Source of the DNA: a virus
Lineage: Duplodnaviria > Heunggongvirae > Uroviricota > Caudoviricetes
IMG/VR virus record: IMGVR_UViG_2534681835_000019
Direction: 5' to 3' (one strand)
DNA length: 14,986 nucleotides
Of the stretch, positions 1 to 7,306 are shown in pieces (position 1 is the first letter of the stretch; every line of letters starts with the position of its first letter). The notes below the pieces were generated by a model, which was not told where the DNA came from, searched no databases, and saw nothing but the letters and a program-made list of their open reading frames with translations. The position numbers and the translations under genes are program-made.

Positions 1-1051
1 GCGCCGAAAATCCATTGTCTGAATCCTGCGCTGTCTGCAGTTTCAGATCATCACCAGGGAAAAGGTGCGGAATTTTGACACCGCCCAGCGTCACGTGATT
101 CGTGTCATACCAGCTGGAGAACTTCTCCAGAATATTAATAAGCGGATTATCCTTCTGCTCCTGTGGCGCGCCGGCGATATATTCAAAGGCCTTTTCGGTA
201 TCAAGTTCACTTTCAATCGTCGCTGCATACATCGCCTTCACTATGGCCGACTGAAGCTGTGTTGCCTGCAGGGAATCGAGCATCTTCAGCCGTTCCATGA
301 CGCTGTAAAACTGATTAGCCCCACGGGTCTGCCCGTCCTCCACCGGCTCGAAAATATGCAGCATAGCCGGACGCCCGGTGGGAAGTTCACGCGGGATCCG
401 TTCCCATCGTCCACTACCAGAGAACGGAAAATCATCCTCACAAATATGGTACGCAACGGCACGGCCATATCGATCGACCTCCACACCGGCCCGCAGAAAA
501 CGGTTCCCCATACCGTGTCCAGGCGTGTCCACCCGTTTCGGACTCACGGCTTTAAAACGCGTACGGAATAACTGCGTGGTTTCCGTATCCCAGACCGGCT
601 GCACAAAGATTTCGCCGTTAAACGCATGAACGCCCACACCTTCACGGATAAATTCCGTGAACGTGCGTTTTCCTTCCACGTCGATCTCGCCAGACATCCC
701 TTCGGCGTATTCCGACCAGGCCGCCTCCACCTCATCGACAAAGCTTTTTGCTGCGGTCTCCCGCATCCCCAGCCAGCGCCAGTTCGGACGGTAGCTGATA
801 AGAAACATATGCCCGACAATGTGATCCTTATGCAGAGCCACCGCATTAGCCGCTATTCCGTTATTGCGCACCAGATCATCTGCCCGGGCATTCCCCAGAC
901 GCAACGCGGGTAGCAGGGCCGCATCGGCACTCTGCGCCGGTGGCAACCACTCCGCCATTTGCCCGCCAAATCCTGCACCGCCCCCGTTGTAGCTGAGACT
1001 CTCACGAAGCGGAACGCCGTTCACATCAATCAGGACAGGCGTTCGTTTCAT
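1..1051 (-). CDS. B: Portal protein (lambda gpB-like), N-terminal ~350 aa; gene runs off the left edge of the window
   Basis: Uninterrupted minus-strand frame from ATG at 1051..1049 (ATGA overlap with the W stop) to position 1, checked codon by codon. Translation MKRTPVLIDVNGVPLRESLSYNGGGAGFGGQMAEW...LGNARADDLVRNNG...HIFEPVEDGQTRGAN...SAIVKAMYAATIESELDT matches recalled lambda gpB. Absent from the ORF track because there is no stop codon inside the window. Confidence 0.85.
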   Translation of the reverse strand, partial: MKRTPVLIDVNGVPLRESLSYNGGGAGFGGQMAEWLPPAQSADAALLPALRLGNARADDLVRNNGIAANAVALHKDHIVGHMFLISYRPNWRWLGMRETAAKSFVDEVEAAWSEYAEGMSGEIDVEGKRTFTEFIREGVGVHAFNGEIFVQPVWDTETTQLFRTRFKAVSPKRVDTPGHGMGNRFLRAGVEVDRYGRAVAYHICEDDFPFSGSGRWERIPRELPTGRPAMLHIFEPVEDGQTRGANQFYSVMERLKMLDSLQATQLQSAIVKAMYAATIESELDTEKAFEYIAGAPQEQKDNPLINILEKFSSWYDTNHVTLGGVKIPHLFPGDDLKLQTAQDSDNGFSA

Positions 1052-1254
1052 AACCTCACTCCCAGCGGACGACGGCGACGCCGGGTTGTCCCCAGTACCG
1101 ACTCCGCATCATTGATCGCCCGGTTAAGCTCATCCAGAGAAGCCGCCGTATATTCAATTCTGCGACCATCTTTCTGGACAGACACCACCCGTTTACCGGT
1201 TAATAAATCAAGGCGCGCCTGACGCAGCGCCTGCAGTTCAGCGACTGTAACCAT
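1048..1254 (-). CDS. W: Head-tail joining / head completion protein (lambda gpW-like)
   Basis: 68 aa, ATG start; MVTVAELQALRQARLDLLTGKRVVSVQKDGRRIEYTAASL aligns along its full length with recalled lambda gpW (..[21 protein letters not shown]..). Sits between A and B as in lambda. Confidence 0.85.
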   Translation of the reverse strand: MVTVAELQALRQARLDLLTGKRVVSVQKDGRRIEYTAASLDELNRAINDAESVLGTTRRRRRPLGVRL

Positions 1255-3166
1255 TCACTCCTCCGGACAGCTTCGCTGCCAGTTCTTTAAGGGTTGGCCG
1301 GGTCGTCTCTTCTTCCCGGGATTTTGCCAGTACAGCCAGATCAAGCTGCCAGCGTTGCACGGACACACGTAATGCCGCGTAGGCATACACCAGGCAGTCC
1401 AGCGCTTCGTTACGCCGCTTTTTGTTATCCCACAGCAGACGCATCTTTCCTTTTTCCCACTTCTCCACAAGCTCTTCCGCGACCAGTTGCTGCGCCTCTG
1501 TCTGCGAAAAAATCTCCGGATCATCAGGAAAACGGATGGCATACGACGTGGCTTCATCCGCAGGCGTGGGATCGGCTTTCATACGGGCATAGAGAATTTC
1601 TTTTGCGGTGTCCGTTCCCACTTCACACAGATACACGCCCCGCTGATTGCGGGTTTTTGGCATGGTGATCACCGGCTTGCCATAGACAGATGCGCCTTTT
1701 ACCGGCAGCACCCGGAAAACACCGTGTTTTTTTGATCTCTGATAAACAATTTCACCATCGATCCCCCCGGTGTCCCAGCAGACACGGGAAATAGTCATTT
1801 CGGTGCCATCCGCATGGCGGTATTTTTTGTTGATCGCCGCATCCACACGTAACAGCGTCTCTTCCTCATCAGGACGCCCCATAATGATGATTTTATCCAC
1901 CAGGAAGGCTTCCTCTCCCGGAGCCCATCCCCAGACATACATCTCAAAACGGTTTCGCTGCGAGTCAATGCCCGCCGTCAGATAAACCACCCGGGCAGGC
2001 ACCGCCGCCGTGTAACGCACCACCTTATCCATCAGTACCTGGTGATCGAGTTTTTCGCCCACGGCCTCTTCCCAGGTCTCGCCCAGCGTGGTGTTCACAA
2101 AGGTTTTCAGGCCGTTGGGATCTTTCAGTGCATCCAGCCAGTCATAGACAATCTGTACCCAGGTGGTGAACGGACTGTACGCCGTCCAGATATGGAACGT
2201 GATGGAGCGCGGCGGCGGAATTTCATCACCCCGGGCGCTGAAAAACGTCAGACCGTCACGGGTCCACATGCCTGTGTTTTCACAGATCCACCGCCCGTTG
2301 CTCTGGTCCAGTTCAGACTGATGGATCACGCAGCCATGATGTTCACAGAGGTAGAAAACACTTTCAGGGCTGTCCTTCTCCCATTTAAGCCCAAAAGGCG
2401 TGGACTCATCGCCAAATTTCAGATACTGCTCCTCCCCACAGTGCGGGCAGGGCACATAAAAACGCATAAAATGCGCCGACTCGTTAGCGGCTTTTTCGAT
2501 CTGGCAGGTGCCTTTGATTTTAGGCGTCGAGCCGCGAATGGATTTTGGCCACACCGACCCCTCAATACGCTTATCCCCCAGCAGGGTTGGCGAGCCCTCT
2601 TTTTCGACATCCGGCTCGAACGAGGAAAGTTCGTCATAGCAGACCACGTCCACGGATTTTTCACGGTAGTTTTTGGCGGCAGCGCCGCCCAGGCACCAGA
2701 AACCGACGCCCGATGAAAAGCGTTTCAGCGTGAGAGTATTGTCACGATGTTTACGACCCAGCCATGGGGAAAGGTCTTTCAGGCATGGCACGTTCCGAAT
2801 CGTCGCCTCCACGTGAGACTTCATAAAATCTTCAGCGGCAGAATCCGTGGGCTGAAAAAGCAGACTGTTTCGGGATTTATGCTCAATAAAATACCCGACC
2901 ACCCCCAGCAACATCTTTGTATAGCCAACACGGGCAGATTTAATCAGATTAACAGTGCGGATCTGATCATTCCCCATGCTGTTCATGATGGCGATCTGGA
3001 ATGGCAGCGTTTTCCATTCGCCCTCACCATATGAAGATTCTTTAGGCAGATAATAATTTTGATCAGCCCATTCAACTGGCGTCACCGGCAATGCCCTTAT
3101 CAGGGGCTGTAATGCAGTTGTGACAGCGCTCATCATATTATTCAGTTGTTGCTCTGATATATTCAT
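1238..3166 (-). CDS. A: Terminase large subunit (lambda gpA-like)
   Basis: Long minus ORF; from the ATG at 3166 the protein begins MNISEQQLNN...VEWADQNYYLPKES...RFYVPCPHCGEEQYLKFGD...TFHIWTAYSPFTTWVQIV...YLTAGIDSQ...RNEALDCLVYAYAALR, near-collinear with recalled lambda gpA. The ORF-track start at 3223 is a non-ATG upstream extension. Overlaps the Nu1 3' end as in lambda. Confidence 0.95.
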   Translation of the reverse strand: MNISEQQLNNMMSAVTTALQPLIRALPVTPVEWADQNYYLPKESSYGEGEWKTLPFQIAIMNSMGNDQIRTVNLIKSARVGYTKMLLGVVGYFIEHKSRNSLLFQPTDSAAEDFMKSHVEATIRNVPCLKDLSPWLGRKHRDNTLTLKRFSSGVGFWCLGGAAAKNYREKSVDVVCYDELSSFEPDVEKEGSPTLLGDKRIEGSVWPKSIRGSTPKIKGTCQIEKAANESAHFMRFYVPCPHCGEEQYLKFGDESTPFGLKWEKDSPESVFYLCEHHGCVIHQSELDQSNGRWICENTGMWTRDGLTFFSARGDEIPPPRSITFHIWTAYSPFTTWVQIVYDWLDALKDPNGLKTFVNTTLGETWEEAVGEKLDHQVLMDKVVRYTAAVPARVVYLTAGIDSQRNRFEMYVWGWAPGEEAFLVDKIIIMGRPDEEETLLRVDAAINKKYRHADGTEMTISRVCWDTGGIDGEIVYQRSKKHGVFRVLPVKGASVYGKPVITMPKTRNQRGVYLCEVGTDTAKEILYARMKADPTPADEATSYAIRFPDDPEIFSQTEAQQLVAEELVEKWEKGKMRLLWDNKKRRNEALDCLVYAYAALRVSVQRWQLDLAVLAKSREEETTRPTLKELAAKLSGGVNGYSR

Positions 3167-3644
3167 CAAGTAAATCCGGTAATTTATCCCCTGCCCGCGC
3201 ACACTGATTTGCCCCCTTAGCAATAAGGGTTTTCAGATGGTCAAGATGGCGCGGTGTTAAATCAGGAAACTGTCGCTGCATGGATAAAGGGATGGAATCA
3301 AGCGTACTGGATAACGCCATTGCCAGCTTACTGAGGGCAAAAATACAGAATCCGGCGTCAATAAGCTTACCTTCGGTTACCTGATTTTTAAGTTTTTGAG
3401 CTACGGCCTGTTCTTCTGTCAGTTCAGCTCTGGCCCGAAGCAGCCTTTCCTCCAGATCGCCCTCGTCATCAGGTATTCTCTGATTGTGTTGTCGCCGCTC
3501 GCGATCTATCTCCAGTACAGTTTTAACGTCATAAAAAACTTCCCTCCCCCGACGCTCAACAGGAGGAACGCCCCATTTATCAAATGCCTGAACAGATATA
3601 CCGATGGAGGAGGCCATATCACTTTTATTCAATAAAAAGGCCAT
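3138..3644 (-). CDS. Nu1: Terminase small subunit (Nu1-like), divergent N-terminal DNA-binding region
   Basis: C-terminal two-thirds (..AGFCIFALSKLAMALSSTLDSIPLSMQRQFPDL..LLDEYI) matches recalled lambda Nu1. Start chosen at ATG 3644 (MAFLLNKSDMASSIGISVQAFDKWG) with GGAG 5 nt upstream; ATG 3662 is an alternative. The ORF-track extension to 3749 overlaps the cosB region and is rejected. Confidence 0.8.
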   Translation of the reverse strand: MAFLLNKSDMASSIGISVQAFDKWGVPPVERRGREVFYDVKTVLEIDRERRQHNQRIPDDEGDLEERLLRARAELTEEQAVAQKLKNQVTEGKLIDAGFCIFALSKLAMALSSTLDSIPLSMQRQFPDLTPRHLDHLKTLIAKGANQCARAGDKLPDLLDEYIRATTE

Positions 3645-3685
3645 CTCCTCTCCATAAGCCATCGATAAAAAGCGATACAACAACC

Positions 3686-3749
3686 ATGTGTTTTTACAAA
3701 ACCATTTGATATCATTGACATTTTTCGCATTGACGACATCAAAACACAT
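3686..3749. repeat. Candidate cosB repeats: inverted repeat ATGTGTTTT (3686..3694) / AAAACACAT (3741..3749) flanking a direct repeat CATTGAC (3713..3719 and 3728..3734)
   Basis: Read directly from the sequence between the Nu1 start and cosN, where lambda has the Nu1-binding R elements. The sequence here differs from lambda cosB. Confidence 0.4.
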
Positions 3750-3859
3750 CGTAAGGTTGTTGTATTTATTTTATTTTCACCTTACTTATCAATTAGATAT
3801 GCCAAACAATTAAACAACAACTCCCCCTCAAAAAATCTCATAAATAGCGAAAACCCGCG

Positions 3860-3871
3860 AGGTCGCCGCCC
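3860..3871 (-). other. cosN cohesive-end site (12-nt GGGCGGCGACCT on the minus strand)
   Basis: Minus-strand sequence ..CCGACAGGTTACG|GGGCGGCGACCT|CGCGGGTTTTCGCTATTTATGA.. matches the recalled lambda right-end/left-end junction almost base for base. It lies about 215 bp upstream of Nu1, as in lambda. Confidence 0.85.
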
Positions 3872-4070
3872 CGTAACCTGTCGGATCGCCGGAAAGGACC
3901 CGTAAAATGATAATAATTATCATCTACATGTCACAACGTGCATCTACGCCATCAAACCACGTCAAATAATCAATTATGACGCAGGTATCGTATTAATTGA
4001 TCTGCATCAAATTAACGTAAAAGCAACTTCAGATAATACAAATCAGCAACACTGAATATGGGGCAACATT

Positions 4071-4295
4071 ATGTCATCAAAGAACAGAACCCGCAGAACA
4101 ACAACCCGCAACATCCGATTTCCAAACCAGATGATTGAACAAATTAACATCGCTCTTGATCTGAAAGGTTCAGGAAATTTTTCAGCGTGGGTTATTGAAG
4201 CCTGCAGAAGAAGATTAATTAATGAAAAATATTCTCAATTTGTACCCAACAAAGACAAACACGACCAGAGCACCTGTTCAGACAGGTTTACTTAA
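4071..4295 (+). CDS. ylcI: DUF3950-type small protein, YlcI-like (ribbon-helix-helix-like)
   Basis: 74 aa, ATG start; MSSKNRTRRTTTRNIRFPNQMIEQINIALDLKGSGNFSAWVIEACRRRL closely resembles recalled E. coli DLP12 YlcI, which also lies next to the Nu1 homolog. Opposite strand to the late genes. Confidence 0.65.
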   Translation: MSSKNRTRRTTTRNIRFPNQMIEQINIALDLKGSGNFSAWVIEACRRRLINEKYSQFVPNKDKHDQSTCSDRFT

Positions 4296-4313
4296 ACGAC
4301 TTATATATGACAC

Positions 4314-4341
4314 AAAAAGCGACCACTAAAGTCGCTTTTTC
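4314..4341. terminator. Bidirectional rho-independent terminator between convergent ylcI-like and perC-like genes
   Basis: AAAAAGCGAC-cactaaa-GTCGCTTTTT: GC-containing stem with an A-tract 5' and a T-tract 3', so it is a hairpin plus U-run on either strand. Confidence 0.7.
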
Positions 4342-4376
4342 TTATGGTAACAGGCAATAACTCTCTCAGATATTTT

Positions 4377-4691
4377 TTAGCATTTTTTTGACCGCGCGTT
4401 TCCGGACGTATTCTGTTCTCCTGTCCCTTTATATCGTCGGAATACCCGCCGCTCTTCAAATCCCATTCCCAACTCAGAATGTAGTCGGTTGACCGCTTGT
4501 TTTATTTCGGTCAGGTTCACCGGTGAAACCGGAGTCCGGCGCGCCTTACGCAAACACTCTGCTCGTTTCTGTGCCGCCACTTTTCTTTTCTGGTCATCAC
4601 TTAGCTGTACCATCACTTTTGCCCATCGTTCAGCTGCTCTCCGGTACAGTCCTTTTTTCTCCAGACATTCTGCCAGGTGATCATGTAGCAT
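4377..4691 (-). CDS. PerC-family (Pch-like) transcriptional activator, putative
   Basis: 104 aa, ATG start with strong SD (GGAGG, 7-nt spacer). The motif LEKKGLYRRAAERWAKVM matches my recollection of the PerC/Pch family signature (..KGLWRRAA.RW..). Family assignment is from memory, not a search. Confidence 0.5.
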   Translation of the reverse strand: MLHDHLAECLEKKGLYRRAAERWAKVMVQLSDDQKRKVAAQKRAECLRKARRTPVSPVNLTEIKQAVNRLHSELGMGFEERRVFRRYKGTGEQNTSGNARSKKC

Positions 4692-5153
4692 AAGTAACCT
4701 CCGTTTATCTACAGACTGCCATCCTGAATTAACCGTCCTTAATAAGACAACAATAAAAAACTAATTATATAAAAACAATAAAAATAATATACAAAAAACT
4801 AAACAACAAAGAAAAGCAAATCATATCTGGCATTTTAATTGAAAGAGCAATTACCGAACAAAAGACGCTGACTATATACTCAAAACCAAACAACAATTCT
4901 GCCAATCAGGTATCATGGCAACACACGGAATTACCATGTTTTTGCCTTCTCTGCCCATACAATACGGGCATATACTTCATACTCTATTGTAATATTTCTA
5001 TCCATGCGCCCCACTCCATTTACCTGTAAATAATATTCAAAATATTTATCACAGAAATCGTTTTTGGCCATGAACTGAGCACACTATAAAGTCCGGAACT
5101 GACTCTTTGTTAAATTACCTTAACGTTACCAGTAACACCTTCGTAACAAAACA

Positions 5154-5621
5154 TCACGGTATACACTGGGTACGGATATATTCCTGTGCTCCTTCCAGTT
5201 GCTTCTGCATTGCCATCAGCCGTTCTCTGAGGATGAAATAATCCCGTTCAGCGGCTTCTGCCAGTCGGGGACCGGTTGCATTATCCACGCCGGAGGTGAT
5301 GGGGGCTTTACGCAAGGAGCCTGGACAGTTGGCGTTGATCCGCAGGCGCTTACGACCAGCGGCAACATCAGCGCGCAGAGTTTCATTTTCAGCTCTCGCA
5401 TCGGCTAATTCCCTCGAGTATCTGGCATCAAGTGCAGCAACATCACGCTGGCGCTGCTGCATATCAGTAATGGTTGCATTTGCCAGCTCCAGCTCACTGA
5501 CTTTTTTATCGCGCTGCTCTTTGTAGGTTATGGCGTTATCACGGTAATGATTCAGCCCCAGACTAAGCGCACCACAGGCCACCAGCAGGGCAATGATGAC
5601 CACGCACAGTACGCGGTTCAT
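5154..5621 (-). CDS. Rz: Spanin inner-membrane subunit (Rz, i-spanin)
   Basis: From ATG 5621: MNRVLCVVIIALLVACGALSLGLNHYRDNAITYKEQRDKK...DVAALDARYSRELADARAENETLRADVAAGRKRL...AERDYFILRERLMAMQKQLEGAQEYI, closely matching recalled lambda Rz. The ORF-track start at 5645 is a TTG extension. Confidence 0.9.
   Translation of the reverse strand: MNRVLCVVIIALLVACGALSLGLNHYRDNAITYKEQRDKKVSELELANATITDMQQRQRDVAALDARYSRELADARAENETLRADVAAGRKRLRINANCPGSLRKAPITSGVDNATGPRLAEAAERDYFILRERLMAMQKQLEGAQEYIRTQCIP
5216..5401 (-). CDS. Rz1: Spanin outer-membrane lipoprotein subunit (Rz1, o-spanin), embedded in Rz in another frame
   Basis: 61 aa, ATG start; MRELKMKLCALMLPLVVSACGSTPT..CVKPPSPPAWIMQPVPDWQKPLNGIIS has a lipobox (VSAC) and proline-rich segment and matches recalled lambda Rz1. 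Confidence 0.85.
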   Translation of the reverse strand: MRELKMKLCALMLPLVVSACGSTPTVQAPCVKPPSPPAWIMQPVPDWQKPLNGIISSSENG

Positions 5622-5622
5622 T

Positions 5623-5724
5623 TCACCACCAGCGTATCTGACCAATGAAATAACCGGAAGCCATAATCACAAACACCAGCCAGATAAGGATGAACTTCCA
5701 GGTGGATAATTTTTCAGCCATCAT
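5623..5724 (-). CDS. Hypothetical 33-aa single-TM peptide between endolysin and Rz
   Basis: Tandem ATG ATG at 5724..5719 preceded by GGGAG (7-nt spacer); MMAEKLSTWKFILIWLVFVIMASGYFIGQIRWW has one hydrophobic helix. Its stop lies 1 nt from the Rz ATG. No homolog recalled. Confidence 0.35.
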   Translation of the reverse strand: MMAEKLSTWKFILIWLVFVIMASGYFIGQIRWW

Positions 5725-5796
5725 TCGAATCTCCCGAATCAGTTTGCTAAAATCAAACACACTTTCTCCTTTGACTTTTCCGGAGTCAGGAAACAC

Positions 5797-5829
5797 AAAA
5801 CCCCACTTGCGGCCAACAAACGGGGTTTT
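5797..5829. terminator. Terminator-like hairpin downstream of the endolysin gene
   Basis: AAAACCCCACTTG-cggccaa-CAAACGGGGTTTT: 13-bp stem with 7-nt loop, followed by a U-rich run on either strand (GUGUUUCC on minus, ACUUUUAUUC on plus). Confidence 0.5.
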
Positions 5830-5918
5830 ACTTTTATTCACTTAGTTTTTGCCAGTTCGCAGGATTTCGTGTTATCCGCCCGTGTGAGCAAACCGCATTT
5901 TTCAGCAAAATATTCTGC

Positions 5919-6452
5919 TTATCTGTCAATTCCCCAGCACGCCAGCGCGCTCTCCTGGTCACGCCGTGAGACCTGACCGTAACAGTTATTTGAGCGAATA
6001 CGGCAGTCTCTGCCACCGTCCTTAATCCACCAGCGAATCGCCTCGCATGCTCCCCTGCGGTCACCAGCATTAATCCGTCTGTAAAACGTCGACGGGAAAC
6101 ACTTACCGGGGCCAATGTTGTACGGACAGAATGACGCAATCCCCGCTTTCTGGGGTTCGGTCAGTGGCACTCTGATGTTTTTCTCCACCCATGCCAGCGC
6201 CTTATCACGTTCAATGGCGTTAACCTGGTCGCATTTTTCCTTCGACAGCTTCATGCCAGGAATCACAGGCTTACCATCCACCATGATGGCACCTCGGCAG
6301 ATGGTCCAGATACCCGCACCATCACGGTATGCCGTGGTGTGGTTACCTTCCTTTTCATCCAGAAACTGGTCGAGAATGTCAGGCGCAGGCGCACCAGCGG
6401 CAATCAGCGCCAGAACGGCAGCCGACAGGCCGTATTTGATTTTGGTGTTCAT
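5919..6452 (-). CDS. R: SAR endolysin (phage-21 R-type lysozyme, GH24/T4-lysozyme-like)
   Basis: 177 aa, ATG start. N-terminal Gly/Ala-rich weakly hydrophobic segment (GLSAAVLALIAAGAPAP) typical of a signal-anchor-release domain, followed by the E-x8-D-x5-T catalytic triad (EGNHTTAYRDGAGIWT). Resembles recalled phage-21 R. Confidence 0.9.
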   Translation of the reverse strand: MNTKIKYGLSAAVLALIAAGAPAPDILDQFLDEKEGNHTTAYRDGAGIWTICRGAIMVDGKPVIPGMKLSKEKCDQVNAIERDKALAWVEKNIRVPLTEPQKAGIASFCPYNIGPGKCFPSTFYRRINAGDRRGACEAIRWWIKDGGRDCRIRSNNCYGQVSRRDQESALACWGIDR

Positions 6453-6494
6453 GGATATTTATCAGGATTTATCGGCAACAGATAACGAGCCAGC

Positions 6495-6917
6495 TTATAT
6501 ACGTCCTTTAAGATAAGTCAGTCCTGGATGAAACCAGTAAGCCGGCACTTTTTTAAAGGGCGGGTTGTCAAACTCACGAAGAAGAGCCTCCCGCACAACT
6601 GCATCCTTGTCCGCACCACTGGCCAGCGCTTCAATCTCAGCAGCTATCTGCAGATATCCCATGCAACGACCAATGCACTTCATCAGCCCCTGCTTTTTAT
6701 TGTTCTTCAGGTAATCAATGGCAAATTCAATGAGCACCTCACTATGCTGGTGCGATGGCGGTGTTACTTTTCCATTTTCTGAGATGGTTATTTTCCCAGC
6801 ATCACCGGATACAACAAAGGATGGCCGGTTACACTCCCATTCCAGCTCACTGAAATTATCATTATGAATACTGAAACACTCTGAGAGATTTCTGCTCATC
6901 GCGGCGTTTTTTTTCAT
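6495..6917 (-). CDS. Hypothetical protein inserted between holin and endolysin
   Basis: 140-aa ATG-initiated ORF with no strong SD and lower GC than its neighbours. Its start sits in an A8 tract and overlaps the 3' end of the upstream small ORF (6862..7011). No confident homolog recalled; E. coli Qin ydfR also sits between holin and lysozyme, but similarity is unverified. Confidence 0.5.
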   Translation of the reverse strand: MKKNAAMSRNLSECFSIHNDNFSELEWECNRPSFVVSGDAGKITISENGKVTPPSHQHSEVLIEFAIDYLKNNKKQGLMKCIGRCMGYLQIAAEIEALASGADKDAVVREALLREFDNPPFKKVPAYWFHPGLTYLKGRI

Positions 6918-7011
6918 CTTCAGAAGGCATCAGCGTCGACAGTTTTTTATTCAGTTCAGCAATTTCATTTTCCAGACGACTGAAGCGCTGATTCATTTCT
7001 TCATGGTTCAT
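6862..7011 (-). CDS. Hypothetical 49-aa coiled-coil-like ORF directly after the holin stop; possibly the 5' part of a frameshift-split gene
   Basis: ATG 7011 with GGGGAGA 7 nt upstream; MNHEEMNQRFSRLENEIAELNKKLSTLMPSEDEKKRRDEQKSLRVFQYS. Runs through the A8 tract (6907..6914) and stops 17 codons later. Deleting one A would fuse it in frame with 6495..6917. Confidence 0.35.
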   Translation of the reverse strand: MNHEEMNQRFSRLENEIAELNKKLSTLMPSEDEKKRRDEQKSLRVFQYS

Positions 7012-7014
7012 CAC

Positions 7015-7230
7015 CTAATCTCCCCGGGCAGCCTTGCGACGGTCCTCTTTAATTTTGAAATACAGGTTAGTCAGATACGTCAGCAGGCCAAACAGCAGAC
7101 TCCCCAGCACACCTATCGCCACCCACTGGGACGGAGAGACTTTGTCCAGCAGCTGCAGTAACCAGTATCCCGTCCCCACCGCTGACGTGGTGTATGACAC
7201 ACCTGTTGTGATTTTTTCCATCTGGTACAT
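7015..7230 (-). CDS. S: Class II pinholin (phage-21 S21-type) with dual-start motif
   Basis: 71 aa; [71 protein letters not shown] resembles recalled S21. ATG at codons 1 and 4 is the classic antiholin/holin dual start; two TMDs; SD GGGAGA upstream. Confidence 0.9.
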   Translation of the reverse strand: MYQMEKITTGVSYTTSAVGTGYWLLQLLDKVSPSQWVAIGVLGSLLFGLLTYLTNLYFKIKEDRRKAARGD

Positions 7231-7265
7231 ACCCCGTCTCCCGTTATCCGGAAGCTCACAACATG

Positions 7266-7295
7266 AAAAAGGCCAGCAGCTGTTTACTGATGGCC
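7266..7295 (-). terminator. Rho-independent terminator in the holin 5' leader (minus-strand polarity)
   Basis: Minus strand reads GGCCATCAG-taaacag-CTGCTGGCC followed by UUUUUCAUG: 9-bp stem with one mismatch plus a U-tract. Confidence 0.6.
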
Positions 7296-7306
7296 CTGAC
7301 TCCCCG

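Noticed and set aside
65-1222. Plus-strand ORFs 65..571, 378..629, 626..913 and 959..1222 from the six-frame track
   Set aside because: They lie antisense to the continuous, lambda gpB-like portal reading frame on the minus strand and have no recognisable protein features.
3167-3223. Upstream extension of the terminase large subunit ORF to 3223
   Set aside because: Homology to lambda gpA begins exactly at the ATG at 3166 (MNIS...); the extension overlaps the Nu1 coding frame.
3645-3749. Upstream extension of the Nu1 ORF to 3749 in the ORF track
   Set aside because: It would start at a non-ATG codon and run through the cosB repeat region; homology with lambda Nu1 begins near ATG 3644.
4920-4997. 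Plus-strand 25-aa ORF (MATHGITMFLPSLPIQYGHILHTLL) in the AT-rich spacer
   Set aside because: Very short, weak SD, and overlaps the minus-strand candidate; not supportable.
5725-5841. 72-aa version of ORF 5623..5841
   Set aside because: It starts at a GTG inside the terminator hairpin with no SD; the internal tandem ATG with GGGAG is the credible start.
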